Origin: an uncultured virus (IMG/VR IMGVR_UViG_3300001481_000036)
Taxonomy: Duplodnaviria > Heunggongvirae > Uroviricota > Caudoviricetes
Virus record (IMG/VR): IMGVR_UViG_3300001481_000036
Strand: one strand, 5' to 3'
Length of the DNA: 64,000 nucleotides
Shown: positions 31,201-42,702 of the stretch, piece after piece
How positions within the stretch are numbered: position 1 is the first letter of the stretch
Layout of the letters: each line of letters begins with the position of its first letter
The notes under the pieces: generated by a model
Told to the model about the DNA's origin: nothing
What the model saw: the letters and a program-made list of their open reading frames with translations, nothing else
Database searches by the model: none
Position numbers and translations under genes: made by a program

Positions 31201-32360
31201 ACATCTTTTGGCAGGGATTTAAGTAAAGGTGTTGAGGATGGGTATGAACCAAAGCCTTATGATTATTACTCTGTTCCGAGGGTTAATAAAAATGGAGTTT
31301 ATAAAATCCATTGCTATATGTTTATTAAAACAGAGAATGATAAAGAAATAAAACAGTGTTTAGAGGATTGGTGTCAACGAATATATGATAATCTTTATGT
31401 TCCCTCTGTAATAAAGGGGTATTCTAAAGATAATGGCGAGCTTATGTTAGAAAAGATAAGGTGTACCAAGACTTTTATCAGTGGACTTAGAGAAGATTCT
31501 ATGTGTGGAGAAAAGTATATAGACTTCACATTCATTTGTGATGAGATGATAGAAGATAAGGAATAGACTATGTGGCACATCTTTTATAAAGACTTATATA
31601 ATGACAATCCATTATGGCTGTTATATGATGATTTCATAGATGCTCCAATATTTTACACTAAGAAAGAAGCATTGAATTTCCTTGATCAGGATAAAGAAGA
31701 ATTTGAAGGTTGTAAAATAAAAGTTTTAAGGGAGAAAGAGAATGAAGTGGAAGTACACAAAGAATAATGAGATTCCAGAACCATACACAATGTGTCTCTG
31801 CGATATGAAAGACCATTATGAGGTTTTGTGTTGGGAACAAAATAAAACTTATAGTAAGTGGTGTCTTAATACGCCTGATAATGAGTTCTATTATGAGCTG
31901 ACAGACGTAATTCGTTGGATATATATTGATGAATTAGAAAAGACCCTAGCAAACTAAAGGAGAGCTTATGCCATCTTATTATTCTATAAATGAGCAATTA
32001 GAGAAAATAAAGAAAGAATCTGATTACAGGGCAAAGGTGGATATTGCTGTGGACACTCTTATCTTAGTTTACAAAGAGCAAGATCGTCTGCGTACACACC
32101 CATATAATGATCCATATATAGCGAACTTGTCTTGTGAAGGTTATAAACAAGTAATGGCAGATATATTTCAGTTTGGTTGGGATGAGGAAAAGAAAGTGTG
32201 TGATGCGTTAGAATTAACGGATTCCAGAAAGAGAACGTGGCTTTGTGAGATGGCTAAAGAGAAAATGGCAACCACATGGCCTTCTTTCCTTTCTACGGCG
32301 AAATGGTCTTGGAGACACACCAGTGCTTTTGGTAAATTCTGGGAGATAGACGAATTTTAA
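28280..32360 (+). CDS. array of ~13 small hypothetical ORFs (28280, 28555, 28838, 29050, 29424, 29783, 30061, 30511, 30787, 31045, 31570, 31742, 31968)
   Basis: contiguous + strand ORFs with RBSs and stop/start overlaps; no function recognised except Zn-finger-like motifs (30061) and an MKW-family member (31742). Confidence 0.5.
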
Positions 32361-32361
32361 A

Positions 32362-32440
32362 TAGGGGGGGGGTTAAAACCAACTCTGTTTTCCCCTCACA
32401 CCAATTTTACAAAAATTTTTGACCAACTTTTAAAGGAGAC
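32362..32440 (+). repeat. dispersed element, copy 6 (G9 tract in 5' arm)
   Basis: TAGGGGGGGGG...TTCCCCTCACACCAATTTTACAAAAA...GACCAACTTTTAAAGGAG. Confidence 0.9.
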
Positions 32441-32447
32441 TCAAAGT

Positions 32448-33053
32448 ATGCTGTACTTTAATCTGTTTGTTTATGGCACATTACTGCATCAATTCAGAGG
32501 CAAACAATTCTTTAAGGGTTTAGTTGCAACAGAAGGGAAGATAACTGGGAATCTTTACCATCATTCCTCTGGTGTACCTGTGATTGAGATTCCAGATAAT
32601 CCTCATTCTGTCTCAGGTTCAACCCAATACACCATAGACATAGAGGCACAAGACTCTATGCAAGACTCTGTAAAAATGAATTTCCTTCCTCTTAACATTA
32701 AATATGGAAGGGTATATGGGGAGCTATATAAGATTCCCTATACGGATGGAGAGATAAATAAAACATTGGATCGGTATGAGAGGTTTAATCCTAATGCTAA
32801 CAGCTTATATAAGCGTTCCCTTGTTCCCGTCCAGACTAAAGAAGGAATAGTCTGGGCATGGGTGTATCACATGGAGACAATTCCAGATAAGAGTATTCGT
32901 ATTCTTACGGGGGATTGGAGAGACTGTTTTTACCCTAATGCAGTAAACCACATACAGGAAGCACTAAACGAGGAATTAGACAAACTGGATGAGGAATACG
33001 AGGATGATGAATACGATGAGGAGGAATACGATGAGGAGGAATACGATGAGTAA
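32448..33053 (+). CDS. gamma-glutamylcyclotransferase (AIG2-like) family protein with acidic tail
   Basis: LFVYGTL, VYGELY, LDRYE, LYKR, AWVY motifs. Confidence 0.8.
   Translation: MLYFNLFVYGTLLHQFRGKQFFKGLVATEGKITGNLYHHSSGVPVIEIPDNPHSVSGSTQYTIDIEAQDSMQDSVKMNFLPLNIKYGRVYGELYKIPYTDGEINKTLDRYERFNPNANSLYKRSLVPVQTKEGIVWAWVYHMETIPDKSIRILTGDWRDCFYPNAVNHIQEALNEELDKLDEEYEDDEYDEEEYDEEEYDE
32988..33050 (+). repeat. 15-bp tandem repeat (GATGAGGAGGAATAC-like)
   Basis: encodes DEEY-EDDEY-DEEEY-DEEEY-DE. Confidence 0.8.
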
Positions 33054-35370
33054 TAACGACATTATCCGAGAAGCTGTTAAGCGAGTATGGAGAGACTATA
33101 TTCTTGAGCCTAAAGATTGGAGAGAGGATTTTGGATTAGCCCCACAGAACATTTACAACTCTTTATTTTGTCCAAAGCATAACCTAGGTGGGGAGACATT
33201 CCCCATTAGTTATATCATGCAGAATTACAGTAGAGAGGTGGATTGTTTGCTTGAGTGTGGTAATGCGGAATACCTAAGAAAGATTTTTAACTTTATTAAA
33301 AAGAGGCTTAGTAGTGACATTAAGGAACTTATAAATAAAGGTCTTAAAGGCAATAACATTTGTATCTCAATTGTTCCTGCTGACTCTATACGAAACTTAA
33401 ATAAGGAAGCAATGGAGAATGGAAACTCTTTGCACATTGTTTACAATGGTCTGGATGATTACATAGAATCAGAGGAAATTGCGGACTTACTACGATTTAA
33501 AGAGCTATCCTATTTCCCTGTTATTTTAAGCTATTATGGTTTGGGTAGAATAACAAACATGATACCTTGTGCTAAGGTACAGGTATCTTTCACTTAAAGG
33601 AGAATAAACAATGGAACATGAAGAATACAAACCTAAGTGCTGTAAGTGTGGGGCAACTTATGATGTCACCTTTTATCACATGGACGGAGTAAGAGGTTTT
33701 GATGACCGTATCCAGTGTCTTAAAGAGAATAAAGATGAACCAATTTTTATCTGTGATGATTGCTTAGAAAAGGTATTGGGGGTTAAAGCATTCGAACTTG
33801 GAAGATGTGAATGGTGTAAGGAATATATAAACCCAGAACTTATTTACACACAAGATGATATGCAGTTTTGCTCGTTAAAGTGTATAGCTTATTATTATGG
33901 TTTTAACTGTCTGGATGATTTGGATGAGGAAGATGAGTATTATGCTTCTTTAGATGATAGTGATGAGGATACTATATTTGAAGAAGAGGGCGATGAGGAA
34001 GAGGATATAGATCTGTAAGGAGAGAAAGTTATGGTAGAATTTGTTTCATACGATGGGGAATACCCCAATCTTTGTTCGGGTGTATTGGTGTTAAAGATTA
34101 ACGGTATCACACACTGTTTTATACAGTATAAAGATTATGATGGTTTTTGTACGAGAGAAGTGAGAGCAAACAGGAATAAACTTTATTCTGATCCAGAGGT
34201 AATTAAGGTGTATGGTTATTCTATGGAATCAGGCGGATGTGCAGGTGTGGATGATAACTGTGATGAGTTTATAGAGTATGGGTATTGGGGTGTAGATTTA
34301 AGTGATTGTACTTATGAAAATGATGTCCCATTTATTTGTAGTGACTCTTTAAAGAAAGAGATTGTAGACTGTGTAAATGCGAATGTTGAGCAGGGTTGCT
34401 GTGGAGGCTGTATATGAAAAAACTGATAGACTTTTATAGGGGAGAATTGAATGTTGAATTTTACAACATTCTGAAATCTTTAGAGAAGGTGGAGAGTATA
34501 TTCTTAGAATTTTACTCAAGGGACTCCGAGGAATATGATCAGTTAGACACTCATTTAAAAGAGTTTTTAGACTGGCTGACACGGTTAAAGACAGATATTG
34601 ACAACTATGATGAGGGAAAAAAGAATAAGTGTCATATCTGTGGCCGAGATGCCCACAATCTTCTTTACTATACTAAGAATAACAAGACATATTGTGTGCT
34701 TTGTGTATTTGACTTTGTTAAGGAACAAATAGAAAAAGAAAAGGATGGTACTTCGGACAGTCTTACGATAAAGCAAGCATTCGAGAAATATGGATTCATA
34801 CAAATTGAGAAAGAACCTAGCTAGGGTTCTTTTCTCTTATCTAGGGGCTGTATTATGTGTGACCAAGTATTAGAATCAAACAAACGAACTTTTATAAACT
34901 ACTTATTCCCTATGGTTATTCAACTGTTATTGGACATAGAAAAGATTGTCACAAACTTGAATAACAAGACATACCAAGACCGTATTACAGTTACCGAGGA
35001 ACAAAGGAAAGGTAAAACGGTAAAGGTGCATTCCGTCATTCCTCTAACTAAAGAGCAGATAAAAAATGAATTAGAGAGTCATAATCTTTCCATGACCATT
35101 TCATTCATTAAAGAAGGGTTAAAGCAAATTAACCATCAAACCATAGGTATTGATGAGATGTTTGAGTGTCTGGAAAATGTGTATATAGAAACATATTATT
35201 TTAAAGGATGTTGTGAGAATTGTAATGATATAGGTCTTTACATTATAGACATACTTGGTGCAATGCGTATAAGTATGGGAATAGGTTATGGTAAACCTGA
35301 GAAGTATAATAATATTTTTGCTTTCTTAGCTTTCCATACTCTTACTCTCTTTGATTTATTAGGGGTGTAG
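33046..35370 (+). CDS. five hypothetical ORFs (33046-33597, 33611-34018, 34031-34417, 34414-34824, 34855-35370)
   Basis: RBS-bearing + strand ORFs; 33611 and 34414 are Cys-rich Zn-finger-like; 34031 ends GCCGGCI. Confidence 0.5.
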
Positions 35371-35556
35371 TCATGCAAGTAGGTATAGATTTCGACGGTA
35401 CGGTAATCCGTTATGCCATTTGTGCTAAACAGATAGGTGGAGACGGACATACCATAATAACAACAGAAACTTTAGAAGGAGCGAAACACGAATTACAGAT
35501 TATTTTAAATCGTGCAAAGAAAAAGAAGCGTCCCACAGACATAAAGTATTGGATTT

Positions 35557-35800
35557 TCAACTACCCACGGTCTAAAGACCGTTGGATTGTAGGCAACTGC
35601 AACCCAAGTTGAATAGCCTAAGTTTTTTGAGAACTACGTTACCCAAGAATATATAGGTACTTTAGGATGTAGTACCAAGTCCTAAACACTACGGCTTATG
35701 GTTAAACAATTCTGAGAGGTAGGAATAGTGCTGTAAGCATAGAAACCTTGGAATAACATTGGCGATGGTACACAAACCACTCTTCGGAGTGAGTAATTAA
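35557..35800 (+). ncRNA. IscB omegaRNA (HEARO-like) scaffold
   Basis: non-coding structured region immediately 5' of iscB with AATAGCCTAAG, CTACGTT, TTAAAC, AACATTGGCGA blocks and hairpins (ACTTTAGGA/TCCTAAA, CACTC-TTCG-GAGTG). Confidence 0.8.
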
Positions 35801-35831
35801 CTTTTAAGTAAGTTAAAAAGGAGACGGATTT

Positions 35832-37073
35832 ATGGTTTACGTCATTAGTAAAAACGGACAACCTTTAATGCCTACGGAAAATTATGCGAAAATCCGTGTT
35901 CTATTAAAGAACAAAAAAGCAAAGATAATTAAAAGATGTCCGTTTACAATACAGTTAGCTTATGATAGCAAGAATTATACGCAGGATATTACGTTAGGTG
36001 TGGACGCAGGAAGCAAGCATATCGGACTTTCAGCTACTACAAAAGACAAAGTATTATTCGAGTCTGATGTAGAGTTACGAAATGATATAGTAGATTTACT
36101 TTCTACACGCAGACAAAATCGCAGAACCAGAAGAAATCATAAAACCAGATACCGTAAACCACGCTTCAATAATCGCAGGCGAAAAGACGGATGGTTAGCC
36201 CCTTCAATTCAGAATAAAGTAGATACACACCTAACGGTAATCCGCAGAGTACATGAGATACTTCCGATTACTAAAATTATTGTAGAAGTAGCATCTTTTG
36301 ATATTCAGAAGATAAAGAATCCTACAATAAGTGGGATAGAGTATCAACAAGGCGAACAATTAGACTTTTGGAATGTCAGAGAATATGTATTATTTAGAGA
36401 CGGTCATACTTGTCAGTGCTGTAAGGGTAAGTCAAAAGACAAAATCCTAAATGTACATCATATCGAAAGCAGACATACAGGTGGTAATGCACCTAACAAT
36501 CTGATTACCTTATGTGAAACGTGTCATTCAGGCTATCACAAAGGCATAGTAAAACTACCCAATACAATAAAACGTGGTATGTCTTTTAGAGATGCTACCT
36601 TTATGGGAATCATGCGTTGGTATTTCTATAATAAGCTGAAAGAGGCATACCCAAATGTAAGCCTTACTTACGGATATATCACAAAGAACACTCGTATAGA
36701 GAATGGTTTATCCAAAAATCACTATATTGATGCCAGATGTATAAGCGGCAATCCATTAGCTGTATCAGATGGTACGGTATATTATCAAAAGAAAATAAGA
36801 TGCCATAATCGTCAGATATATAAGAATACCATTCTTAAAGGTGGTATTAGAAAGCGCAATCAAGCAGACTACGAAATCAAAGGCTTTAGACTGTTCGACA
36901 CCATTAGATATAAAGGTAATACATATATTATTTTTGGTAGAAGAAACAGTGGATTTTTTGATATTCGCACTCTTGATGGTATAAAAGTAAACAATGGTTC
37001 TGTAAGTTGTAAGAAGATGCAACTTATTCAGCCTAACAGTAACTATTTGATTGAAATTCGGAAATGTGCATAG
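35832..37073 (+). CDS. iscB: IscB RNA-guided endonuclease (RRXRR/HNH)
   Basis: MVYVISKNGQPLMP (PLMP), GVDAGSK RuvC-I, RRQNRRTRR bridge helix, IVEVASFD RuvC-II, CQCC + VHHI...N..NL.TLC..CH HNH, HYIDA RuvC-III. Confidence 0.95.
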   Translation: MVYVISKNGQPLMPTENYAKIRVLLKNKKAKIIKRCPFTIQLAYDSKNYTQDITLGVDAGSKHIGLSATTKDKVLFESDVELRNDIVDLLSTRRQNRRTRRNHKTRYRKPRFNNRRRKDGWLAPSIQNKVDTHLTVIRRVHEILPITKIIVEVASFDIQKIKNPTISGIEYQQGEQLDFWNVREYVLFRDGHTCQCCKGKSKDKILNVHHIESRHTGGNAPNNLITLCETCHSGYHKGIVKLPNTIKRGMSFRDATFMGIMRWYFYNKLKEAYPNVSLTYGYITKNTRIENGLSKNHYIDARCISGNPLAVSDGTVYYQKKIRCHNRQIYKNTILKGGIRKRNQADYEIKGFRLFDTIRYKGNTYIIFGRRNSGFFDIRTLDGIKVNNGSVSCKKMQLIQPNSNYLIEIRKCA

Positions 37074-37164
37074 TGCTAGGAACACTTATAGGAATGCCTC
37101 TGAAATTTATGAACAAGATATGAGGCTTGCAAGAGGATGGTAATTAAGAAATAAGAGGTAGAAT

Positions 37165-38706
37165 ATGGATTTTGATGAACCAATTGGAATTGAGGACACT
37201 AAAGTGTATTCCGTTAGTCTCAGTCACCCAGAGGGTTATAGAAAACCCTTAAAGTGGAAAAAGGTTGAGCGATGTATAAAGAAAATCCAGAATGGATTTG
37301 ATCAAGATCGTGATCATATAGAAAGATCAGGAACATTTGAGCTTGTAGGTATTGATTTTGAGGAATTTGTTAGGAGATTAAAGAAGTATGCAGAAAGTAA
37401 GTAATGAATTAGCATGGCATGAAGGGAAAGAGACACCAAGTATGTCCTCTGGCAGTTTCCTTATTCTCACTACATTAGGTGATATAGCAGAAGCGGAATA
37501 TCACGATTATGGTGGTAGTAAATATTTTCATAATTATAGTGGCCCTTATTGGCTACAATACAGATGGTCTTCACCAATACACCCAAACAATGTGGTAGCT
37601 TGGTGCAGACTAAGAGACATTAAATTACCAGAAGGAGAATAGTCATGCAGGCGACATTAGAAATATTATCAGACAAATCCGTTCGATATATGAATTATGA
37701 CTTAAATAGAATTTGCGAAACCGCAGATTCTATTTATTGGACACTTGTACCAAAAGAAGTACTAGCAATTTGGAATATTCCATATTTAGTTCGTTTGCAT
37801 AATGGTGATACAGTTGTGCAAGAACAAAAAGTAATGCTATGTAAAATGAGTAATTGTGTAGAGTAAGGGAATAACTATGTCTGGCTACATCTTTACTAAC
37901 CCAATCTTTAAAACCAAAGTGCTTACTTACGAGAGACTAGCTTTCCGTACAGATGATGTTTGGTTTAGAGAATATCATGTCTTTGCTTCCGAAGCAGAAA
38001 TAGAAGAGGATTTAGCTCATTATAAAGGGAGTGTGAACATTCGTAATGCCGAAGTTTATGATGTTATTATAGATCTTACTAAGCCTATAATGATGCAGAC
38101 TTTACCGACGAGGACGTGTAAAGGTTGTGGAGAAAAAATAGACGGAAATAATAAAGATAAGCGACCAACGATTTGTGATAACGACTGGTATTGCGATTAT
38201 GACTGTTATTGCAAGCATAATCCAAACAAAGTTAAAAGGCTGTTAGAGACATGAAAGCAGATAACAAATATAAAGTCTTTGTACCTAAGAATCCGAGATT
38301 GAATTTTGACTTTGAGGAAGTTCAGACCGTCTATTTTCGTGGCTATACAGATTTTTTAGATGGTGATGATTATATAGTCAACCGTAATACACGAAAAGAA
38401 GGCTACCTAGTTTCCTATTCCTTTGAATATTGGGGATTGGGTTATGAAGAACCTGATTTCGGCGAGGGTGATATAGCCACATTCAGTTCTTTTAAATCTG
38501 CATTAGAGTGGATTAACCGTCATGGTGTAATAGGTCATAGAGTTAATTCCATGTCTTACATATATCTTATTGAATCAGATAAGTATGTGTACACGGCTTA
38601 TAACATACTGAAATCCACTAAGCGTTCAGAAAGATTCTATAAAGAGGAAGTGTGTAAGATAGAAAAGGATAGTCTCACTTTGGATGATGATTTAGATTAT
38701 CTATGA
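37165..38706 (+). CDS. five hypothetical ORFs (37165, 37388, 37645, 37877, 38251)
   Basis: contiguous + strand ORFs; 37388 is MKW/DUF551-like, 37877 has a CxxC...YCxxxC finger. Confidence 0.5.
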
Positions 38707-38755
38707 TAATGTGGTGTATTATTCACCTTTAAATTTATTAGTAAGGAGACATAAA

Positions 38756-39646
38756 ATGAGAGAGTTAAGACGCGGCAGAGTGGATGAAAAAATTCAAGGT
38801 GTAGATGAGCATGACAATAGTGTAAAGATGGTGACGTTCGCTCAAGCCAATAAAGGTCTTTCAATGGAAGACTTTATAAAGAAGGCGGGTAATATATCAT
38901 GGATTAAATCCCTAGGTGATACAGATGCACAATGCCTGATTGCCTTGGGGTGTGTTGTATTAGCTAAGCTCAATGATACATCTCGTTTAAATGTATGGGA
39001 CACCATCTTTGGGGTAGGTAAAGAAGATGGGTTACTTACGGATAAGGAAGCACATAGAATTATTTTAAATACCTACTATGATAAGAAATCCCCAAAATCT
39101 GCATTAGAAGGTGTTGTGTCTGGCCTGTACCATTTCTGGCATAACACTCCAATGTATCCTGCAATCAAAGATACCTATAGTAGAACACAGTCAAAGGATG
39201 CGGCGTATGTCGCAGGTGTTTGTGGTGCAGGTAGTGAATTGGATGATGAGGGTAATCTGCACAGTAGTTCTGGTGATGTGTTAGATTTTGACACCATTTC
39301 TAAGGATGGTTCTCTTAAACGTAAGAAGAAATCAGAGTCTTTTAAATCAGGTATATTCCCAGAGAATGATTCTTATTCTAAGACAGATTTTGACTCGGAT
39401 TTTCGTTGGCTTCATAGAGCATTTATTAGTAATATAGGTACATTAGAAGATAGATTAAGTATAGAAACTAAAGAGGATATAGAGTTTCTTATAGAGTATA
39501 TGGAGAGAATGCTTAAAAAGATAGACTCTTTTGATATAGCAGGTAAAGAACATTTAAGGCAAGATCTATACAGTCAGATAGAAGAATTAAATAAATTATA
39601 TAAGGAATACTCTATAGGGGAGAGTAGAAAAGGTCAACTACGTTAA
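38756..39646 (+). CDS. hypothetical protein, candidate head-internal protein
   Basis: AAGGAG RBS before ATG 38756; basic leader MRELRRGRVDE; terminator follows. Confidence 0.5.
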   Translation: MRELRRGRVDEKIQGVDEHDNSVKMVTFAQANKGLSMEDFIKKAGNISWIKSLGDTDAQCLIALGCVVLAKLNDTSRLNVWDTIFGVGKEDGLLTDKEAHRIILNTYYDKKSPKSALEGVVSGLYHFWHNTPMYPAIKDTYSRTQSKDAAYVAGVCGAGSELDDEGNLHSSSGDVLDFDTISKDGSLKRKKKSESFKSGIFPENDSYSKTDFDSDFRWLHRAFISNIGTLEDRLSIETKEDIEFLIEYMERMLKKIDSFDIAGKEHLRQDLYSQIEELNKLYKEYSIGESRKGQLR

Positions 39647-39658
39647 AGTAACGAAATC

Positions 39659-39690
39659 AAGCCCTAGCCAATCACTAGGGCTTTTATTTT
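39659..39690 (+). terminator. rho-independent terminator
   Basis: AAGCCCTAG...CTAGGGCTTTTATTTT. Confidence 0.8.
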
Positions 39691-39874
39691 GCTATTACCT
39701 TATCTCTCCATGCTACTACACCACGGATAGCTAAATAGACTGCAAAATTACCCATAGCTTTTCGTATATGGTATTTAGCTTATTTAAGCTAGGAGTAGTT
39801 ATACACAGATGGTGTATTAACAATAACGGAAATACCCAAAGAGGAACAAACAGCTTTAGAATGCAGGAGAGTGG

Positions 39875-41136
39875 GTGATGGGAATGTTTGATTTTAAAAT
39901 GGCTGTGGTGGTTGTAAAAGACACAGAGAGTAAAACAAGGGATGTTTATATCACTAGACCTTTTAAGTATATCCCAGACCGCTCTCAATCCGATTTTATT
40001 AAATTCATAGACAACAGTATGTCTGCTTGTATTCGTGAGAAAAAGAAGGATAAAGAGTGGAGTCCTGTAAAGGGTATAAATGATTTACTAAGATTGGAGA
40101 TGAGTGATAATGGTTTCCAGTATTTTGTTATAGAGAAGCATGGAGATAATATTTCCTTAGAGAACGAAATCAATCTTCTCAAACAGTCCAGAATCTTTAT
40201 CTTAGACTTTAGTAATCCGAATTATTATCATGCTTGGTCTTATGATTATTTAGAACCACAGAGATCTAGGAGTAGAGGTTATCTCTTAGTGGATGAGGAT
40301 GATGTTATTAAGAATATGCAGATGATTAGTGATAATGTTACTTCATCCTGTATTAAACATTATCCAGAATCCGCCCATAAGGTAACGGATTATTCCTTAG
40401 AGATAAACGATTTACCAGAATTAGGAACTGGTATTCTTTCCGTATCCTGTATGATAAAAACAGGTATTATTTCAATATCGGGCACATGGTTTGTGGATGA
40501 TGATAAAAGAAAGCTAATAGATGTGTTACCATTAGACACTAAGCACTATATTAAATTATATCGTCATATAGACAGTAAGCCTGTGTATGAAGGGGAGATG
40601 GAAGTAAGTAAAGTAGAACTGGGTTTAGATGCTTATAAAGCTGAGGGTTATGCTACTATGTCCATAGTATTTGAAGGTGTTTAAATTATGCGTAAACGTA
40701 AACCATACACAGTATTAGTAGTAGAGGGTAATAAATTCCGTTATGTGGATGCTGACACAGAGATTGAAGCGATAGACATTGTGAATGAGGAATTGTCTAA
40801 AAAGGCTACAACGTGTATCGCATATTATTGGAATCCTAACTGGAATGGTTATTCCCATCTTTTAGAAAAGAGTAAGGAGAATATGTAATGGTTTATTACA
40901 CCATTAAGTTCATTCGTTGGGACGATAATAACCGAGCTGTATTTGTGGCAGAGCCAATAGACGGTTGTATTGAAATTAAGGCAGGGAATCTCGAAACTGA
41001 AAACACTTTATGGAATGTCGCCAAAGGATGTTACTCATTCTGCATTAAGGATGATATGACAGGTAAACAGGGTGTGCAGATTGTGGATAGCATAGCTATA
41101 AGAAAATCGGAAAACATTATTGAGGGTGAAGAATAA
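39875..41136 (+). CDS. three hypothetical ORFs (39875-40684, 40688-40888, 40888-41136)
   Basis: contiguous + strand ORFs. Confidence 0.5.
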
Positions 41137-41138
41137 GC

Positions 41139-41261
41139 ATGAATTACGGTTCTACGGGAATAGCCTGTCTAAACACAAATCGTAAATCCATAGGTATAGA
41201 GTTAAACGACAACTATTTCGATGTCGCAAAGCAACGAATAGAAAATCACACAGGAGACTAA
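41139..41261 (+). pseudogene. C-terminal remnant of an N4/N6 (beta-class) DNA methyltransferase
   Basis: translates MNYGSTGIACLNTNRKSIGIELNDNYFDVAKQRIENHTGD, parallel to GSCGEACLNTGRKFIGIELDTTWFNFAKERIENH at 42.6 kb. Confidence 0.75.
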
Positions 41262-41263
41262 GT

Positions 41264-41926
41264 ATGGGACTTGACGTACATTTCTATAACAGAAAAAAGA
41301 TAAAGCCAGAACATAAAGTGGATGGCATAGATGTATTAAAAGAAGTGTCTGAATTATCTGCTGACACTGAATTATTGCAAGCACTTAAGCGTCTAAAAGA
41401 ATATACCTTACTATCAGAGGAAAGACTTAATGAATGCTTAGTAAAAGCAATAAATCAATTTGTAGAACGGGAATCCGATTTCTATGATGATAGGCATTGT
41501 GAGGTAGCCTATTTCCGTAAATTCTGGTGGGTATTAAATTTCTTTGAATATACTGATTCGGATTATGCCAATGATAAACCAGTATCAAAAGAGCAAATAG
41601 AAGAGGCTAGAAACCTTGCAGAGAAAACCATTAAAATGGTGATGAAACACTTTACCGATAAAGGATTTGAGATTGAACATTCACCACTTGAATATACAGG
41701 CCAAACTTCTAGGTGGGGTGGAAAACAACCAGAATATCTAACTTTCAAAAATGGTATTCTGTCAGGCGAGTTAGAGCAAGAAGCAGATTCTATCTGTTCT
41801 GATATATTTGACTGTGAAGATACTTTCCTATTTTGTAAGGTATGTGAGTTATACACTCAATTTACAAATATTCTAAATGAGACAGACTGGGACTACGAGC
41901 AGATAGTCCTTAATGCAGACTGGTAA
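41264..41926 (+). CDS. hypothetical protein, paralog of 24609-25334
   Basis: MGLDVHFY...EVAYFRKFW...ETDWDYEQIVLNADW. Confidence 0.6.
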   Translation: MGLDVHFYNRKKIKPEHKVDGIDVLKEVSELSADTELLQALKRLKEYTLLSEERLNECLVKAINQFVERESDFYDDRHCEVAYFRKFWWVLNFFEYTDSDYANDKPVSKEQIEEARNLAEKTIKMVMKHFTDKGFEIEHSPLEYTGQTSRWGGKQPEYLTFKNGILSGELEQEADSICSDIFDCEDTFLFCKVCELYTQFTNILNETDWDYEQIVLNADW

Positions 41927-41929
41927 AAG

Positions 41930-42702
41930 ATGGATCATATTATAACTAACTCTTATTCTTTATTTAATGGTGATTGTTTAGAGATTATAAAACAAATACC
42001 AGACCATTCTATACAGCTTTGTCTGTGTGATCTTCCTTATGGTGTATTAAACAAATCAAATAAATCAGCACAATGGGACAAACCAATAGATTTGCAACTT
42101 CTATGGAGTGAGTTTAGAAGAATAGGTAAGGAAAATTGTGCTTATGTTTTCTTTGCATCAGGATTATTCACACATGATTTAATAGAAAGTAATCGCAAGG
42201 ATTTTAAATATACTTTAGTATGGGACAAAAAGTAGTAACAGGATTTCTTAATGCTAAAAAACAGCCTTTACGTAGGCATGAGGATATATTAGTATTTTAC
42301 CAGAAGCAATGTGTTTATAATCCTCAATTTACAAAGGGGAAACCTTCTCATATTCGTGGTGAAAATGCTAAGTCTTGTAATAAGCTATGGGGATCTACTG
42401 AAGTAGAAGCACAGAAAATAGTAAATGTTAAAAAATATACAGATGATTAGTACCCGACATCCATATTACAGTTTGAAAAGAATATTCATGTATTGAATCA
42501 TCCAACTGAAAAGCCAGTGTCTATACTAGAATACTTAATAAAAACTTATTCTAATGAAGGAGATGTGATATTAGATCCAACAATGGGAAGTGGAAGTTGT
42601 GGTGAAGCATGTTTAAATACAGGTAGAAAATTTATTGGAATTGAGTTAGACACAACTTGGTTTAACTTTGCCAAAGAAAGGATAGAAAATCATGTACAGT
42701 GA
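41930..42702 (+). pseudogene. disrupted N4/N6 (beta-class) DNA methyltransferase
   Basis: [33 protein letters not shown]; frameshift at A5 run (42227-42231) and in-frame TAG at 42448-42450. Confidence 0.85.

Larger units (their letters stand above)
35557..37108 (+). mobile_element. IS200/IS605-superfamily IscB (OMEGA) element, no TnpA
   Basis: TCAACTACCCACGGTCTAAAGACCGT terminal hairpin, omegaRNA, iscB; followed by ATGAA. Confidence 0.8.
35373..37143 (+). pseudogene. small gene interrupted by the IscB element (5' part 35373-35556, 3' part 37109-37143)
   Basis: joining flanks gives ...TDIKYWI-YEQDMRLARGW*, with the stop just before the next gene's RBS. Confidence 0.6.

Noticed and set aside
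39700..39870. Possible ncRNA in the intergenic gap (AGCTAAATA...TATTTAGCT stem)
   Set aside because: Only one AT-rich stem, with no recognisable family or second copy; insufficient support.
42448..42450. TAG stop-codon reassignment (genetic code 15) suggested by the in-frame TAG in the MTase
   Set aside because: Many genes end in TAG directly before the next RBS/start (e.g. 816, 19675, 57022), long conserved genes contain no internal TAG, and the same gene also has a frameshift.
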